Positions 46,641 through 55,960 of a DNA stretch of 64,000 bases are shown here, one piece after another. The notes beneath the pieces are model-generated. The model did not search any database. It was not told the origin of the DNA and worked only from the letters and a program-made list of their open reading frames with translations. Numbering within the stretch: position 1 is the first letter of the stretch; each line of letters starts with the position of its first letter. Source of the DNA: Escherichia phage vB_EcoM_LNA6; sequence record OM630585.1; one strand, 5' to 3'. The position numbers and the translations under genes were made by a program.

Positions 46641-47710
46641 TTAACCAGCACCCAATCTTTTTAGGTGGTGAGAGAAAAACTTTTGACTCACTTAATAAGC
46701 ACTACCCAAAAATCTTTGAGCTTTATAAACAACAAAAAGCACAAGATTGGTCAGAAGATGAGTTCCCTTTTGAACAATCACGTCTTGATTTTGAGAGTGT
46801 CCCAGCATCAATGTCAGGTGTAATGCTTGAGATTCTTAAGTGGCAATGGGAAGCAGACACTCAAGTTGCTAAGAGCTTGGCATTTGCCTTTGCACCCTTT
46901 ATCTCTGATGACATCTATGCAACTGCAATTATGAAGCAGTCTGAGATTGAAAACCTACATGCTCTTACTTACTCAGAGATTGTAAGACAATGTATTAAAA
47001 ACCCTGAAACAATCTTAGATGAGATTAACCAGAATGTTGCTGTGCAAGACCGATTAAAAACTGTGAATCGTGTTCTTGAAGAATTACTGGATGAAGGTAT
47101 AAACTATCGTCTGAGTTATGTTCGTGATTCACTTCTGGACAAAGACCCTTTACACTTCCATAAAGTGATTCTGAAAGGGCTGTTTGCAGTGACTGCACTT
47201 GAAGGTATATCTTTTATGGCATCATTTGCATGTACTTTTGCACTTGATGCTCAAGATAAATTTCAGGGTATTGCTCAAGCGGTACAGAAAATTATGCTTG
47301 ACGAAATCCTTCACACTAAAATTGATATTGAAGTTTTAAAAGAAACTTTAAGAGATGATGAGTGGCAGAAAGCTTTTCAACAAATTCTTCCAGAGATTAA
47401 AGTAATCTTAGATGAAGTAGTTGAAAGTGAAGAGAAATGGTCGTATTATATCTTCTCCGAAGGACGTGCTGTAGTTGGCCTAAATACAAAGCTTCTTCAT
47501 GAGTGGGTTTACTATAATGCTGCCCCATTGTATGATATGTTTGGCATTCCCAGAGATTTTGTAGCTCCTAAAGAACCACCTTTGAAGTACATGATTAAGA
47601 AGATGGAAATTGATAAAGAGCAGAATGCTAATCAGGAGCAACAGAACGGTGCGTACCTATTGAATACTGTTGTAGATGATTTGAATAGTGGATTTTTAGA
47701 GGTTCCTTAA
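46637..47710 (+). CDS. nrdB: ribonucleoside-diphosphate reductase small subunit (class Ia)
   Basis: 357 aa from ATG 46637 (AAGGAG RBS at 46621); typical NrdB size and position after nrdA. Confidence 0.65.
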   Translation: MINQHPIFLGGERKTFDSLNKHYPKIFELYKQQKAQDWSEDEFPFEQSRLDFESVPASMSGVMLEILKWQWEADTQVAKSLAFAFAPFISDDIYATAIMKQSEIENLHALTYSEIVRQCIKNPETILDEINQNVAVQDRLKTVNRVLEELLDEGINYRLSYVRDSLLDKDPLHFHKVILKGLFAVTALEGISFMASFACTFALDAQDKFQGIAQAVQKIMLDEILHTKIDIEVLKETLRDDEWQKAFQQILPEIKVILDEVVESEEKWSYYIFSEGRAVVGLNTKLLHEWVYYNAAPLYDMFGIPRDFVAPKEPPLKYMIKKMEIDKEQNANQEQQNGAYLLNTVVDDLNSGFLEVP

Positions 47711-47952
47711 TGACTTATGTAATTTACTCCAAAACTGGATGCCCTCAGTGTGAGACTGCAAAGAATTTTGCAAAAGCTCGTGGTATTGACCATGTTGTGA
47801 GAATGTTAGGGCAGGACTATGAGCTATCAGACCTGATGGATATTGCACAGATGCCAGTTCGTCAGATGCCATTCATCATGAAAACTGATGGACAAAACCT
47901 AAAACCTGTTGGTACGCTACAGAATTTTATGGCAGAGGTGAATAATGCTTAA
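47710..47952 (+). CDS. glutaredoxin/NrdH-like redoxin
   Basis: 80 aa; YSKTGCPQCETAK with CPxC active site; adjacent to nrdAB. Confidence 0.65.
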   Translation: MTYVIYSKTGCPQCETAKNFAKARGIDHVVRMLGQDYELSDLMDIAQMPVRQMPFIMKTDGQNLKPVGTLQNFMAEVNNA

Positions 47953-48151
47953 ACGCCTTTGGGAAGGTTTGGTTGTTGATGCACCAGCTATTGTGATTGG
48001 TATGCTTATTGTTAACCTATTTACTGACTTTGAACAAGGTTCATTGTTTGGAGCTATGTTACTATGGGTTATCTTTGAAATATTAGAGATACAGTTAGGT
48101 ATAACTGAAAAACTAAGAGAACTCTTTTCGAAGTTTTCTAAAAAGATTTAA
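47945..48151 (+). CDS. small membrane protein (hypothetical)
   Basis: 68 aa with hydrophobic helices. Confidence 0.35.
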   Translation: MLKRLWEGLVVDAPAIVIGMLIVNLFTDFEQGSLFGAMLLWVIFEILEIQLGITEKLRELFSKFSKKI

Positions 48152-48158
48152 AATGAAA

Positions 48159-48181
48159 GGGTCTCTTCGGAGACCTTTTTA
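48159..48181 (+). terminator. rho-independent terminator
   Basis: GGTCTC-TTCG-GAGACC hairpin followed by TTTTT. Confidence 0.6.
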
Positions 48182-48199
48182 GCATGTAAAGGGGCAATA

Positions 48200-49396
48200 A
48201 TGAACAAAGTACAGATTATTAAAAAGAACGGCTCACTTGAAGAACCTGATATCAAAAAAGTTTTAGCAGCAGTCACAAAGTCAGCTAACAGAGTTGGTTA
48301 TAAAGAGCTTCCACCAGATGTTACTCAAGCTCTTGAGTCAGCATTTATGAGGATTCTGGTAAAATCTACTAAGCAGAATAATTTACTCGTTTCAGTAAAT
48401 GATATTCACAGTATTGTTGAGGGTGCTTTGGCAGAAGTCAATCACGAGATTTATGAGTCTTACTCAACATATAGAAATTACCGTAAAGAGGTTGCTCAAA
48501 ATTGGGATGAACTTTACCAGAAGACCAAAGATACACTCTTCTTAGGTGACCGAGAAAACGCTAATTTTGACAGCAGTTTAATTTCTACAAAAGGTTCAAT
48601 TATTCGTGGTTACCTGACTAAAGAAATCTTTAAACAGTACCACTTAACACCAGAGGAACTTGAAGCCATTGAAAAAGGGTTTATTTATATCCATGACTTA
48701 AGAGACCTAATTTTTGGTGGTATCAACTGTTGTCTGTTTGACATTGGTAAAGTGCTGAAAGGTGGCTTTGAAATGTCTGGCATTGAATATTGTGAACCGA
48801 AGTCTGTACTGTCAGCATTACAGGTTATTGGCGATGTAGTTCTTTCAGCAACTGCACAGCAATTTGGTGGCTTTACTTTAGCAGAGATTGATAAGGTACT
48901 TGTACCGTATGCTAAAAAATCTTTAGTGTACCACTCAGAGAAAGCTGAAGAGTACGGAATCCCTAAAGAGCAACACTATAATTACGTAATGGAGCAATTA
49001 CAGAATGAGTTAACACAAGGTTTCCAATCTCTTGAAATGAAACTTAACACTGTTCCTTGCAGTCGCGGTGATTTTGCATTTACTACTCTGACATTTGGTC
49101 TGTTGGAACCAGATATGCACAATGAAGATAACCGTCTTCAGTTTATGATTGCCAATACAATCCTTAACGTAAGGATGAACGGGCAAGGAAAAAGCAAAAA
49201 ACCTGTTGTGTTCCCTAAACTTGTGTATATCTATGAAGAAACGAGACATAAGCTTGATGTATGCCAAGTAAGGTTGTTTGAAAAAGCTATTGAGTGTTGC
49301 TCTAAAGCTATGTATCCAGATTTCTTAAGTGTATCTGGTCATGGTGCTGTAGCAGAGGCTTTTGAGCGTTCTGGTAAGGTAATTTCCCCGATGGGT
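48200..49396 (+). CDS. nrdD: anaerobic ribonucleoside-triphosphate reductase, exon 1
   Basis: YIHDLRD..GGINCCLFD...EPKSVLSALQVIGDVVLSATAQQFGGFTLAEIDKVL aligns from memory with T4 NrdD; exon ends ..ISPMG with final U at 49396 followed in-frame by TAA. Confidence 0.8.
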
Positions 49397-50138
49397 TAAC
49401 AAGCTCTATAGCTCATCTAAAACGTGCCTAAACAGGGAAACTCTACAGATGTAGACAATCCTGTGCTAAATGATGTACGATGTAAGAAACTATACAACAT
49501 AGGAGTCTTACATGCCAAACTATCACGTCACTGAAGATGGAAAAGTCTTTAGGGAAAATGGTGTAGAGCTTACGCAGTGGAAATCCAACACTGGGTATAT
49601 GAAAGTGAGGTTTTACGGTAAGAAGAATCGTGACATGTATGTCCACAGGTTAGTTGCTGAGAAATATGTACCTAACCCGAACAATCTTCCAATTGTAAAA
49701 CATAAGGACGATAACAAACTAAATAACCACGTATCTAACTTAGAATGGGGTACTCATTCTGAGAATGCTAAAGAAGGTTATGAGAATGGATGCTACAAGT
49801 TCCACAAGCGTTCATATGCCGTGAAAGCCACACACAAAGTGACAAAGGAAGTTATTGTTACTAAGTCAATACGAGAGTTATCCAATATACTTGGATACAA
49901 TCGCAAGACCATCTCTTCAATATTGAAGGGTGTAAAAGAGCATAATAACTTCGAATATGAGTTTGAATACATCTAAATGCCGAACGACTAACCGTGATGA
50001 ATGTAGCGGTGTAGGGTCAAGCGACTCGAAATGGTACGCTACTTAGAAATAAGTAGAAGATATAGTCTGGACTTACTGGCGACAGTAAGCAGCTTGAATA
50101 AAGCGGGGTAAGCTTAGCGAACTTACCTGAACAATAAG
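49397..50138 (+). mobile_element. group I intron in nrdD
   Basis: Interrupts NrdD between ..VISPMG and CRAFLS.. (cf. T4 ..VSPMGCRSFLS); intron ends with G 50138; core GACTCGAAA (P7 5'), CTACTTA-GAAA-TAAGTAG (P8, 7 bp stem, GAAA loop), AGATATAGTC (P7 3') at about 50018-50065. Confidence 0.75.
49512..49976 (+). CDS. HNH homing endonuclease with NUMOD-like HTH, intron-encoded
   Basis: 154 aa; VHRLVAEKY...HKDDNKLNNHVSNLEWGTHSEN HNH motif; C-terminal SIRELSNILGYNRKTISSILKG HTH-like; inside nrdD intron. Confidence 0.7.
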   Translation: MPNYHVTEDGKVFRENGVELTQWKSNTGYMKVRFYGKKNRDMYVHRLVAEKYVPNPNNLPIVKHKDDNKLNNHVSNLEWGTHSENAKEGYENGCYKFHKRSYAVKATHKVTKEVIVTKSIRELSNILGYNRKTISSILKGVKEHNNFEYEFEYI

Positions 50139-51086
50139 TGTAGAGCATTTTTATCACCATACCATAACGAATATGGTGAAGAGTTTTATGTAGGTCGTGC
50201 TAACATTGGTGCTGTATCTTTGAACTTACCAATGATTTACCAGTATTCTAAAGAGAAGGGCTTAGATTTCTGGAAAGAGCTTGATAAGTACCTAGAGATG
50301 ATTCGCAGCTTCCACAAGAAACGCTACGAAATGATTGCTAATATGCCAGCAAGTTCTAACCCTCTTGCATTCACACAAGGTGGTCTGTACAAAGGGACTA
50401 AGAAACCTACTGACAAGGTTGGTTGGGATATCGTGAAGTCCTTCACAGCTTCTTTTGGGGTTACTGCTCTTGATGAACTGTCTGTTCTTGCTGAAGGTAA
50501 ACGACTTCATGAAGTTGGAAGATATAGTTTTGCATACGATGTTCTGGAATACATCAACATGAAAACTGAAGAGTTTAAGAACGAAGATGGCTTCTTGTAT
50601 GCGGTATATGGCACTCCAGCAGAATCACTTTGTGGAACTCAGTTAAAACAGTTCAGAGATATGTTTGGCGTTATTAAAGGTGTCTCTGACAAGGAATACT
50701 TTACAAACAGTTTCCATATGAATGTTGCAGCAGACATCTCACCATTTGAGAAGCAGGACTTAGAAGAGCCATTCTTCCATATCTGTAGAGGTGGCAGAAT
50801 CCAGTATGTAAGGGTAGCTAACCCAGAAAACTTAACAGCACTTAAAAGTTGTATTACCAGAGGGATGTTGAAGGGTTTTTATCAGGGACTTAACTTTAAC
50901 TTAGCAATCTGTGAACATTGTGGTAACAGACCAAAGGCTGATGTTGAAGAATGTGAGGTTTGTCATTCACACGATATCTCTGTGATTAACAGGGTGTGCG
51001 GATATTTGGGATGGACTAAGATTAAAGGTGAATCCCGAATGAATGATGCAAAAATCGCTGAGATTCGTGACAGAATTTCTATGTAA
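50139..51086 (+). CDS. nrdD: anaerobic ribonucleoside-triphosphate reductase, exon 2
   Basis: Open frame from 50139 (CRAFLSPYHNEYGEEF..); YFTNSFHMNV and C-terminal glycyl-radical region RVCGYLGW align from memory with T4 NrdD. Confidence 0.8.
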   Translation, partial: CRAFLSPYHNEYGEEFYVGRANIGAVSLNLPMIYQYSKEKGLDFWKELDKYLEMIRSFHKKRYEMIANMPASSNPLAFTQGGLYKGTKKPTDKVGWDIVKSFTASFGVTALDELSVLAEGKRLHEVGRYSFAYDVLEYINMKTEEFKNEDGFLYAVYGTPAESLCGTQLKQFRDMFGVIKGVSDKEYFTNSFHMNVAADISPFEKQDLEEPFFHICRGGRIQYVRVANPENLTALKSCITRGMLKGFYQGLNFNLAICEHCGNRPKADVEECEVCHSHDISVINRVCGYLGWTKIKGESRMNDAKIAEIRDRISM

Positions 51087-51097
51087 AACTTGACAAG

Positions 51098-51484
51098 GTG
51101 ATGTGGGTCTTGATAGGCTTACATCACCTTTTTATTTGGAGTTACATTATGGACTTGTGGCTTTATGTAGCAGCTTGTGGGATTGTATGTCTGATAATCT
51201 TATTTATTCTTGGAATAATGCGATTTAGAGACATAATACAGTCAGATTTTTTGCCTGAGTTTGCCATGATAGTTGGGGTTATTGCCCTTTGTGTCTTGGC
51301 AGTGTTCTATTCATACAAAACTGTGATATGGATGGAGGCAAACAATTGTGTAAAAACTCATCAGCATCGTGAGGTTACTCATTTTGTGAGTGTACTTAGT
51401 GGTAGCACCACTATACTTGTCCCACAAACTTCTGTAGAGTATCTTTACACATGTGATAATGGTAAAACTATATGGTGGAATTAA
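51098..51484 (+). CDS. membrane protein (hypothetical)
   Basis: 128 aa with several hydrophobic helices. Confidence 0.4.
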   Translation: MMWVLIGLHHLFIWSYIMDLWLYVAACGIVCLIILFILGIMRFRDIIQSDFLPEFAMIVGVIALCVLAVFYSYKTVIWMEANNCVKTHQHREVTHFVSVLSGSTTILVPQTSVEYLYTCDNGKTIWWN

Positions 51485-51687
51485 CAATGACAACAATCTT
51501 AAAGGTATTGACACCCATACTACACATAGTAATCTTCTTCTTTGGTGTTAGTGTTATGGTATGGGGTTTTTCAGACCCACAATGGAATTTCTCATATCAT
51601 GGTAAGATGGATTTATGGTCATGCTTCAAACCATTTTTAGGGTTAGCTATAGCATTCAGTGCATTACCAACTAAGGTGAAATTATGA
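51472..51687 (+). CDS. small membrane protein (hypothetical)
   Basis: 71 aa with two hydrophobic segments. Confidence 0.4.
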   Translation: MVELTMTTILKVLTPILHIVIFFFGVSVMVWGFSDPQWNFSYHGKMDLWSCFKPFLGLAIAFSALPTKVKL

Positions 51688-52079
51688 TTAAGTTAAACCA
51701 AAAACAGTTAGAGTGGATTAAAGATTACGCCTCAGAGTGTGGCTCTTGCGAAAAGAATCACGTAAGATACTCAACATTCCACACGGTCTTCACATTGTAC
51801 ATCAGCGACAACGTTCTAAGTGATTCTGTAGAAGATGGTGTAGCATTACCTAATGAATTACTTGATAAACTGGCTGTAGTCTCTGGAACTTGGTCTGAAG
51901 AGGATGGTCATGAGCTATCTGACGATGTTATCTTCTACACCCTTGAAAACATCATGAATCCAGAGTACATTATGCTAATGACTTGCGCACAAGATTGTGT
52001 ACCATTACAAAACTTCATTAAAGAGCACTGTGAAGAATTTATTACTAAACAGGTTCCTTGTCAGGTGGTGTTTGAATGA
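51684..52079 (+). CDS. hypothetical Cys-containing acidic protein
   Basis: 131 aa ORF. Confidence 0.4.
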   Translation: MIKLNQKQLEWIKDYASECGSCEKNHVRYSTFHTVFTLYISDNVLSDSVEDGVALPNELLDKLAVVSGTWSEEDGHELSDDVIFYTLENIMNPEYIMLMTCAQDCVPLQNFIKEHCEEFITKQVPCQVVFE

Positions 52080-52375
52080 GTAAAACAATTCGAAGAAAAG
52101 GTTTAAAGAACGTTCATGGGCTTTATGAGTGGAGAAATGAGGTACGTAACAGAGAAAACGCTTCAGATGTCTACTTCCATTCTGATATGATGTCCAGAAA
52201 AGGTGGCTCTTATGACTTTACAAGCCAACCTTGTAGAGAGATTAAGAAGGCTACTAAACGTCTTACAAGAACACAAATAAGGCAGCTTACTAAGACATCT
52301 TTCTTAGATGAATACTTTGACATTGACAGCAAGTCTCCAAAGAAAGCTGCTCAGAGCACTTATATGTATTGGTGA
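52076..52375 (+). CDS. hypothetical basic protein
   Basis: 99 aa ORF. Confidence 0.4.
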   Translation: MSKTIRRKGLKNVHGLYEWRNEVRNRENASDVYFHSDMMSRKGGSYDFTSQPCREIKKATKRLTRTQIRQLTKTSFLDEYFDIDSKSPKKAAQSTYMYW

Positions 52376-52384
52376 GGTAACTAG

Positions 52385-52870
52385 ATGAATTACATGGAGA
52401 TTAGACCATTTGACACAGCTAATGGTGAAGGGGTTCGTGTAAGCCTCTTCGTAGCTGGCTGTAAACATCACTGTGAAGGCTGCTTTAACAGGGAGTCTTG
52501 GAAGTTTAATGCTGGTAAAGTATTTACTTATGCAAACCTCTACGGCATCATTAAGTTAATGGATGATGAGGCCATCAGTGGGTTGTCAATACTTGGTGGG
52601 GAGCCTCTGGATGATAGAAACATTCAAGAGGTCACCAACATATGCAAACGTATTAAAACTGTTTATCCAGAAAAGTCTATATGGCTTTGGACAGGTTTTC
52701 AACTGCACGAAAAAATCCACTTAGATGTGATGAAATATGTTGACGTGGTGATTGATGGTAAGTATGATTCATCTAAACCAACAGTTAAACCATATCGTGG
52801 TTCTGATAACCAAAACCTCTGGAGAAAAGAGTATGGATGGCAAGGTGATTGTCAATGGCGAGCAGAGTGA
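52385..52870 (+). CDS. nrdG: anaerobic ribonucleotide reductase activating protein (radical SAM)
   Basis: 161 aa; VAGCKHHCEGCFN is a CxxxCxxC radical-SAM cluster motif; size typical of NrdG; near nrdD. Confidence 0.7.
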   Translation: MNYMEIRPFDTANGEGVRVSLFVAGCKHHCEGCFNRESWKFNAGKVFTYANLYGIIKLMDDEAISGLSILGGEPLDDRNIQEVTNICKRIKTVYPEKSIWLWTGFQLHEKIHLDVMKYVDVVIDGKYDSSKPTVKPYRGSDNQNLWRKEYGWQGDCQWRAE

Positions 52871-53108
52871 TTATTCTGGCAAATGGACTTACGACATCAA
52901 CAAGTTAGATGCTTGGATGATTTATACGAGAGAAAAATTTGGTGCAAGTTCATTATGTGCTCTTGCAACGATGGTGAAGAACGTTACCTTTGACATTCAT
53001 GACTCAGATAAGTTTGGAGACTTCTACAGGATTCAAAACATCAGAGAAGGTATGACTCCAATTGGTATCACTGAAGAAGAACTTCATAAGTTCTGTATTA
53101 AACTTTAA
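52833..53108 (+). CDS. hypothetical protein
   Basis: ATG 52833 with GGAG RBS; overlaps nrdG 3' end in another frame. Confidence 0.3.
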   Translation: MDGKVIVNGEQSDYSGKWTYDINKLDAWMIYTREKFGASSLCALATMVKNVTFDIHDSDKFGDFYRIQNIREGMTPIGITEEELHKFCIKL

Positions 53109-53123
53109 TGAGAGAGACTAAAA

Positions 53124-53390
53124 ATGGGAATTTTAGGTAATATGAAAGCTGGATTCTTGAAAGCACTGGAAAAAGCAGCAGCAATCATTTCTATGACTGG
53201 AAAGCAGGTTGGTGTCGATGCTTCAGCAGTTGCACAAGTTCTTGCAAGCCAAATTGAACAGCAGCCTTACATCTACGTAGGACGTGGAAAAGGTGGTAAA
53301 AAACAAGCACATCGACCAACTGGTGCAGCAGCAATTAAACGTGCAGCTAAGAAAGCTCGTAACCGTAAACGTAATAAGAAGGCTAAATAA
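53124..53390 (+). CDS. hypothetical basic protein
   Basis: 88 aa; Lys/Arg-rich C-terminus. Confidence 0.4.
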   Translation: MGILGNMKAGFLKALEKAAAIISMTGKQVGVDASAVAQVLASQIEQQPYIYVGRGKGGKKQAHRPTGAAAIKRAAKKARNRKRNKKAK

Positions 53391-53392
53391 TC

Positions 53393-53713
53393 ATGAGCAA
53401 AGTTTATAACACTCGCAAATTACAGATTTTCGTACTGTGCCAGTTTATGGCTAAAGAATACAACTTCTACTATTGTGGTACAGGTTTTATTAGTGATGAT
53501 GATGGCTCATACCTCCCATTCAAAGAGGCTGTAAAACTCTTCAATGAAGAGAAAAGCTCTGAGAAAGATATTGAAAAGGTTAAATTAACCTATAGTAAGA
53601 AAGATAAGAAGATTATCTGCCTAGATAACTTTGTAAAAGTTACTGGAGAAGCAAAAGAGTTTATGGATGAGAGTGAGATTTCATTCACAAGCATCTTGAA
53701 AGTAGCTCAGTAA
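53393..53713 (+). CDS. hypothetical protein
   Basis: 106 aa ORF. Confidence 0.4.
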   Translation: MSKVYNTRKLQIFVLCQFMAKEYNFYYCGTGFISDDDGSYLPFKEAVKLFNEEKSSEKDIEKVKLTYSKKDKKIICLDNFVKVTGEAKEFMDESEISFTSILKVAQ

Positions 53714-53767
53714 AAAGATACTATAAGGGGGCTGTAAAGGTTCCCTTTTTATTTTTGTGGAGATACT

Positions 53768-54283
53768 ATGTACCTGTCAAACCTGAAACGTTCGGCTGCA
53801 ATGTCAGTGTTAAGACTCAGCTTTGAGGAACGTCAAGAGTTCATTGACTCCCACCAATACGACCCCTCAAACTCCAATCACATGATTCTCTGGAATCGTG
53901 AGAGTACTCGTGAAAGAGCATTATTCCGATATTACCCATACTACACCATAGATAACCTGTATGAATGTTTTGTTGTGAAGAACACCATTACAGTGCTCAA
54001 TAAACTTTGCAGATACACAGGTAGTCAATCCTTCACATTAGGCCACCACAAACCTGTTACAAAAGGTGGTGAACATCACTGTGCAAACTGGTTTATCCAA
54101 ACTAAAGCTGATAACCAGAAGCAAGGAGATAGCCTCCTAAGTACACCTAAGATGACCTATGAAGAGCAAGAGAAATATATCAAAAACAATATGCCAGATG
54201 TGCTTGACAACAACTATACAGATTTGGCAATATCTCTCCTGTTGAAGTTCGAGACAGTTTATAGGGCAACTTATAATGGCTAA
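53768..54283 (+). CDS. HNH-motif nuclease domain protein (putative, cysteine-less HNH)
   Basis: LGHHKPVTKGGEHHCANWFIQTKADNQKQGD matches the spacing of the HNH core (H-H..P...GG.....N........N..K..D). Confidence 0.4.
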   Translation: MYLSNLKRSAAMSVLRLSFEERQEFIDSHQYDPSNSNHMILWNRESTRERALFRYYPYYTIDNLYECFVVKNTITVLNKLCRYTGSQSFTLGHHKPVTKGGEHHCANWFIQTKADNQKQGDSLLSTPKMTYEEQEKYIKNNMPDVLDNNYTDLAISLLLKFETVYRATYNG

Positions 54284-54605
54284 AGAGAAGTGGGAGATTT
54301 TACCATTAGTCAGTGAAGGTGGTAATGGTTGTGAGATGTACATGATACGTGGTCATGTTCCAGAACCAATTGCACTTGAGATGGTAAACAACTTTACAGA
54401 TGGTTCTTACAAAGACTTAGGCGAACCAACTGTCAAGCAACAATGGGTTAAACCTGTACCAGACAGCACAGGTAACTGTAGTGTACTTTATCACGTTGTA
54501 GACCCTGCAAAATGCAAATCTGCAATGGCAGTAACAAACGTAACTTTGATTGAGAGAGAAAACTATGAAGACATCTATCCGTGTTACAGTTCATTCACCA
54601 ACTAA
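54276..54605 (+). CDS. hypothetical protein
   Basis: 109 aa ORF. Confidence 0.35.
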   Translation: MAKEKWEILPLVSEGGNGCEMYMIRGHVPEPIALEMVNNFTDGSYKDLGEPTVKQQWVKPVPDSTGNCSVLYHVVDPAKCKSAMAVTNVTLIERENYEDIYPCYSSFTN

Positions 54606-55446
54606 AGGAACTCATGAAGAGGAGTTTAACATCATCCAATTTCCTTCTGGTGAGATTGGTGGACACTTTTCGCCAGAGTTTGTTGATTTCACTGCTTATG
54701 CAGCATCATCCATCAACAATGTGATTATGATTGTAAAAGGTTATGATAAGGATACATTGTTTGCTGTTGCACTTGCTAAAGAAGCAATTGATGATTTAGT
54801 CCCTCATGACTATGCCTTAAAGACTGTCATCTTTTACTACTTACCAAATGCACGTTATGACCGTCACATGTTTAAAGGTGACGCAGCAGCTTTAAAGGTT
54901 TTTGCTAAACAGGTAAATGCAATGGGATTTGGTGCAGTCTGTGCAGTTGACCCTCACAGTTACGTTCCAGATAACCTGTTTAACTGCTTCCAGAGTATTC
55001 CTCAAAAGGAGATTGCAGTTCACTACGCAAATGACCCACTGATTGATTACTTAGTAGCCCCAGATGCAGGTGCTTCTAAGAAGATTGCAGAGACTGCTAA
55101 AGAGGTGGATAAACCATACATCACAATGTCTAAAGTACGCAACCTCAAGACTGGTGAAATTACTGGTATGCGAATCCTTGACGATGTTGATTTGACAGAT
55201 AAAACCGTCATGATTCTTGATGATATCTGTGATGGTGGTCGAACCTTCGTAGAGGCAGCTAAACACCTACGTGAAGCAGGTGCAAAACGTGTTGAGCTTT
55301 ATGTAACACATGGTATCTTCTCTAAAGGTGTTGAAAACCTTCTTGACAACGGTATCGACCATATTTACACTACAAACTCTTTAGGCGAAGCTAAAGACCG
55401 TGGCTTAACACATTATAGTCAAGTTACTGTAGCAAATTTGGATTAG
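54565..55446 (+). CDS. ribose-phosphate pyrophosphokinase (PRPP synthetase)-like protein; candidate ADPR-pyrophosphate synthetase
   Basis: VMILDDICDGGRTF (PRPP-binding loop, cf. VLVDDMIDTGGTL), GAKRV and THGIFS align from memory with E. coli Prs C-terminal half; start at ATG 54565. Confidence 0.7.
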   Translation: MKTSIRVTVHSPTKGTHEEEFNIIQFPSGEIGGHFSPEFVDFTAYAASSINNVIMIVKGYDKDTLFAVALAKEAIDDLVPHDYALKTVIFYYLPNARYDRHMFKGDAAALKVFAKQVNAMGFGAVCAVDPHSYVPDNLFNCFQSIPQKEIAVHYANDPLIDYLVAPDAGASKKIAETAKEVDKPYITMSKVRNLKTGEITGMRILDDVDLTDKTVMILDDICDGGRTFVEAAKHLREAGAKRVELYVTHGIFSKGVENLLDNGIDHIYTTNSLGEAKDRGLTHYSQVTVANLD

Positions 55447-55454
55447 GTATTAAA

Positions 55455-55946
55455 ATGGATAAGGGTTACTTCGAAAAATACCTAATATACGAACCGGAGA
55501 CAGGTTTACTAATTTGGAAAGTAACCCTTTGCAATACCGCTATTGCTGGTAATGTTGCTGGCACAAGGTCTAAGAAGGGTTATATCCAAGTCCAGATAAA
55601 TAAGAAGAGGTACTATGCACATAATATTGCATGGATTATGTCTGGAGGTGAGATACCAAGTGGATATGAGATAGACCACATAGACCTTGATAAATCTAAT
55701 AATAAGTTGGAGAATTTAAGACTTAGCACAAAGTCACAAAATCAGAGGAATAGGGGTATATACAAGAATAATAAAACTGGTGTGAAGGGTGTAAGTTTTT
55801 GTAAACAAACAGGTCTTTACAAAGCAAGAGTCATGCTTTACCATAAAGAATACTTTTGTGGAAGATTTAAAACGGTAGAAGAAGCAAAAGAAGCTGTAAT
55901 TAAAAAGCGAATAGAACTTCATGGTGAGTTTGCAAGACATAACTAA
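55455..55946 (+). CDS. HNH homing endonuclease with AP2-like domain (free-standing)
   Basis: YEIDHIDLDKSNNKLENLRLSTKSQNQRN HNH-type motif followed by TGVKGVSFCKQTGLYKARV AP2-like segment; paralogue of 41413..41913. Confidence 0.65.
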   Translation: MDKGYFEKYLIYEPETGLLIWKVTLCNTAIAGNVAGTRSKKGYIQVQINKKRYYAHNIAWIMSGGEIPSGYEIDHIDLDKSNNKLENLRLSTKSQNQRNRGIYKNNKTGVKGVSFCKQTGLYKARVMLYHKEYFCGRFKTVEEAKEAVIKKRIELHGEFARHN

Positions 55947-55960
55947 GAGAGAGATAAAAT

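Noticed and set aside
51090-51118. TTGACA at 51090 as a promoter
   Set aside because: No -10-like hexamer at appropriate spacing downstream.
53725-53755. Intrinsic terminator after ORF 53393..53713
   Set aside because: A T-run is present but only a 3-4 bp GGG/CCC stem can be drawn; too weak to call.
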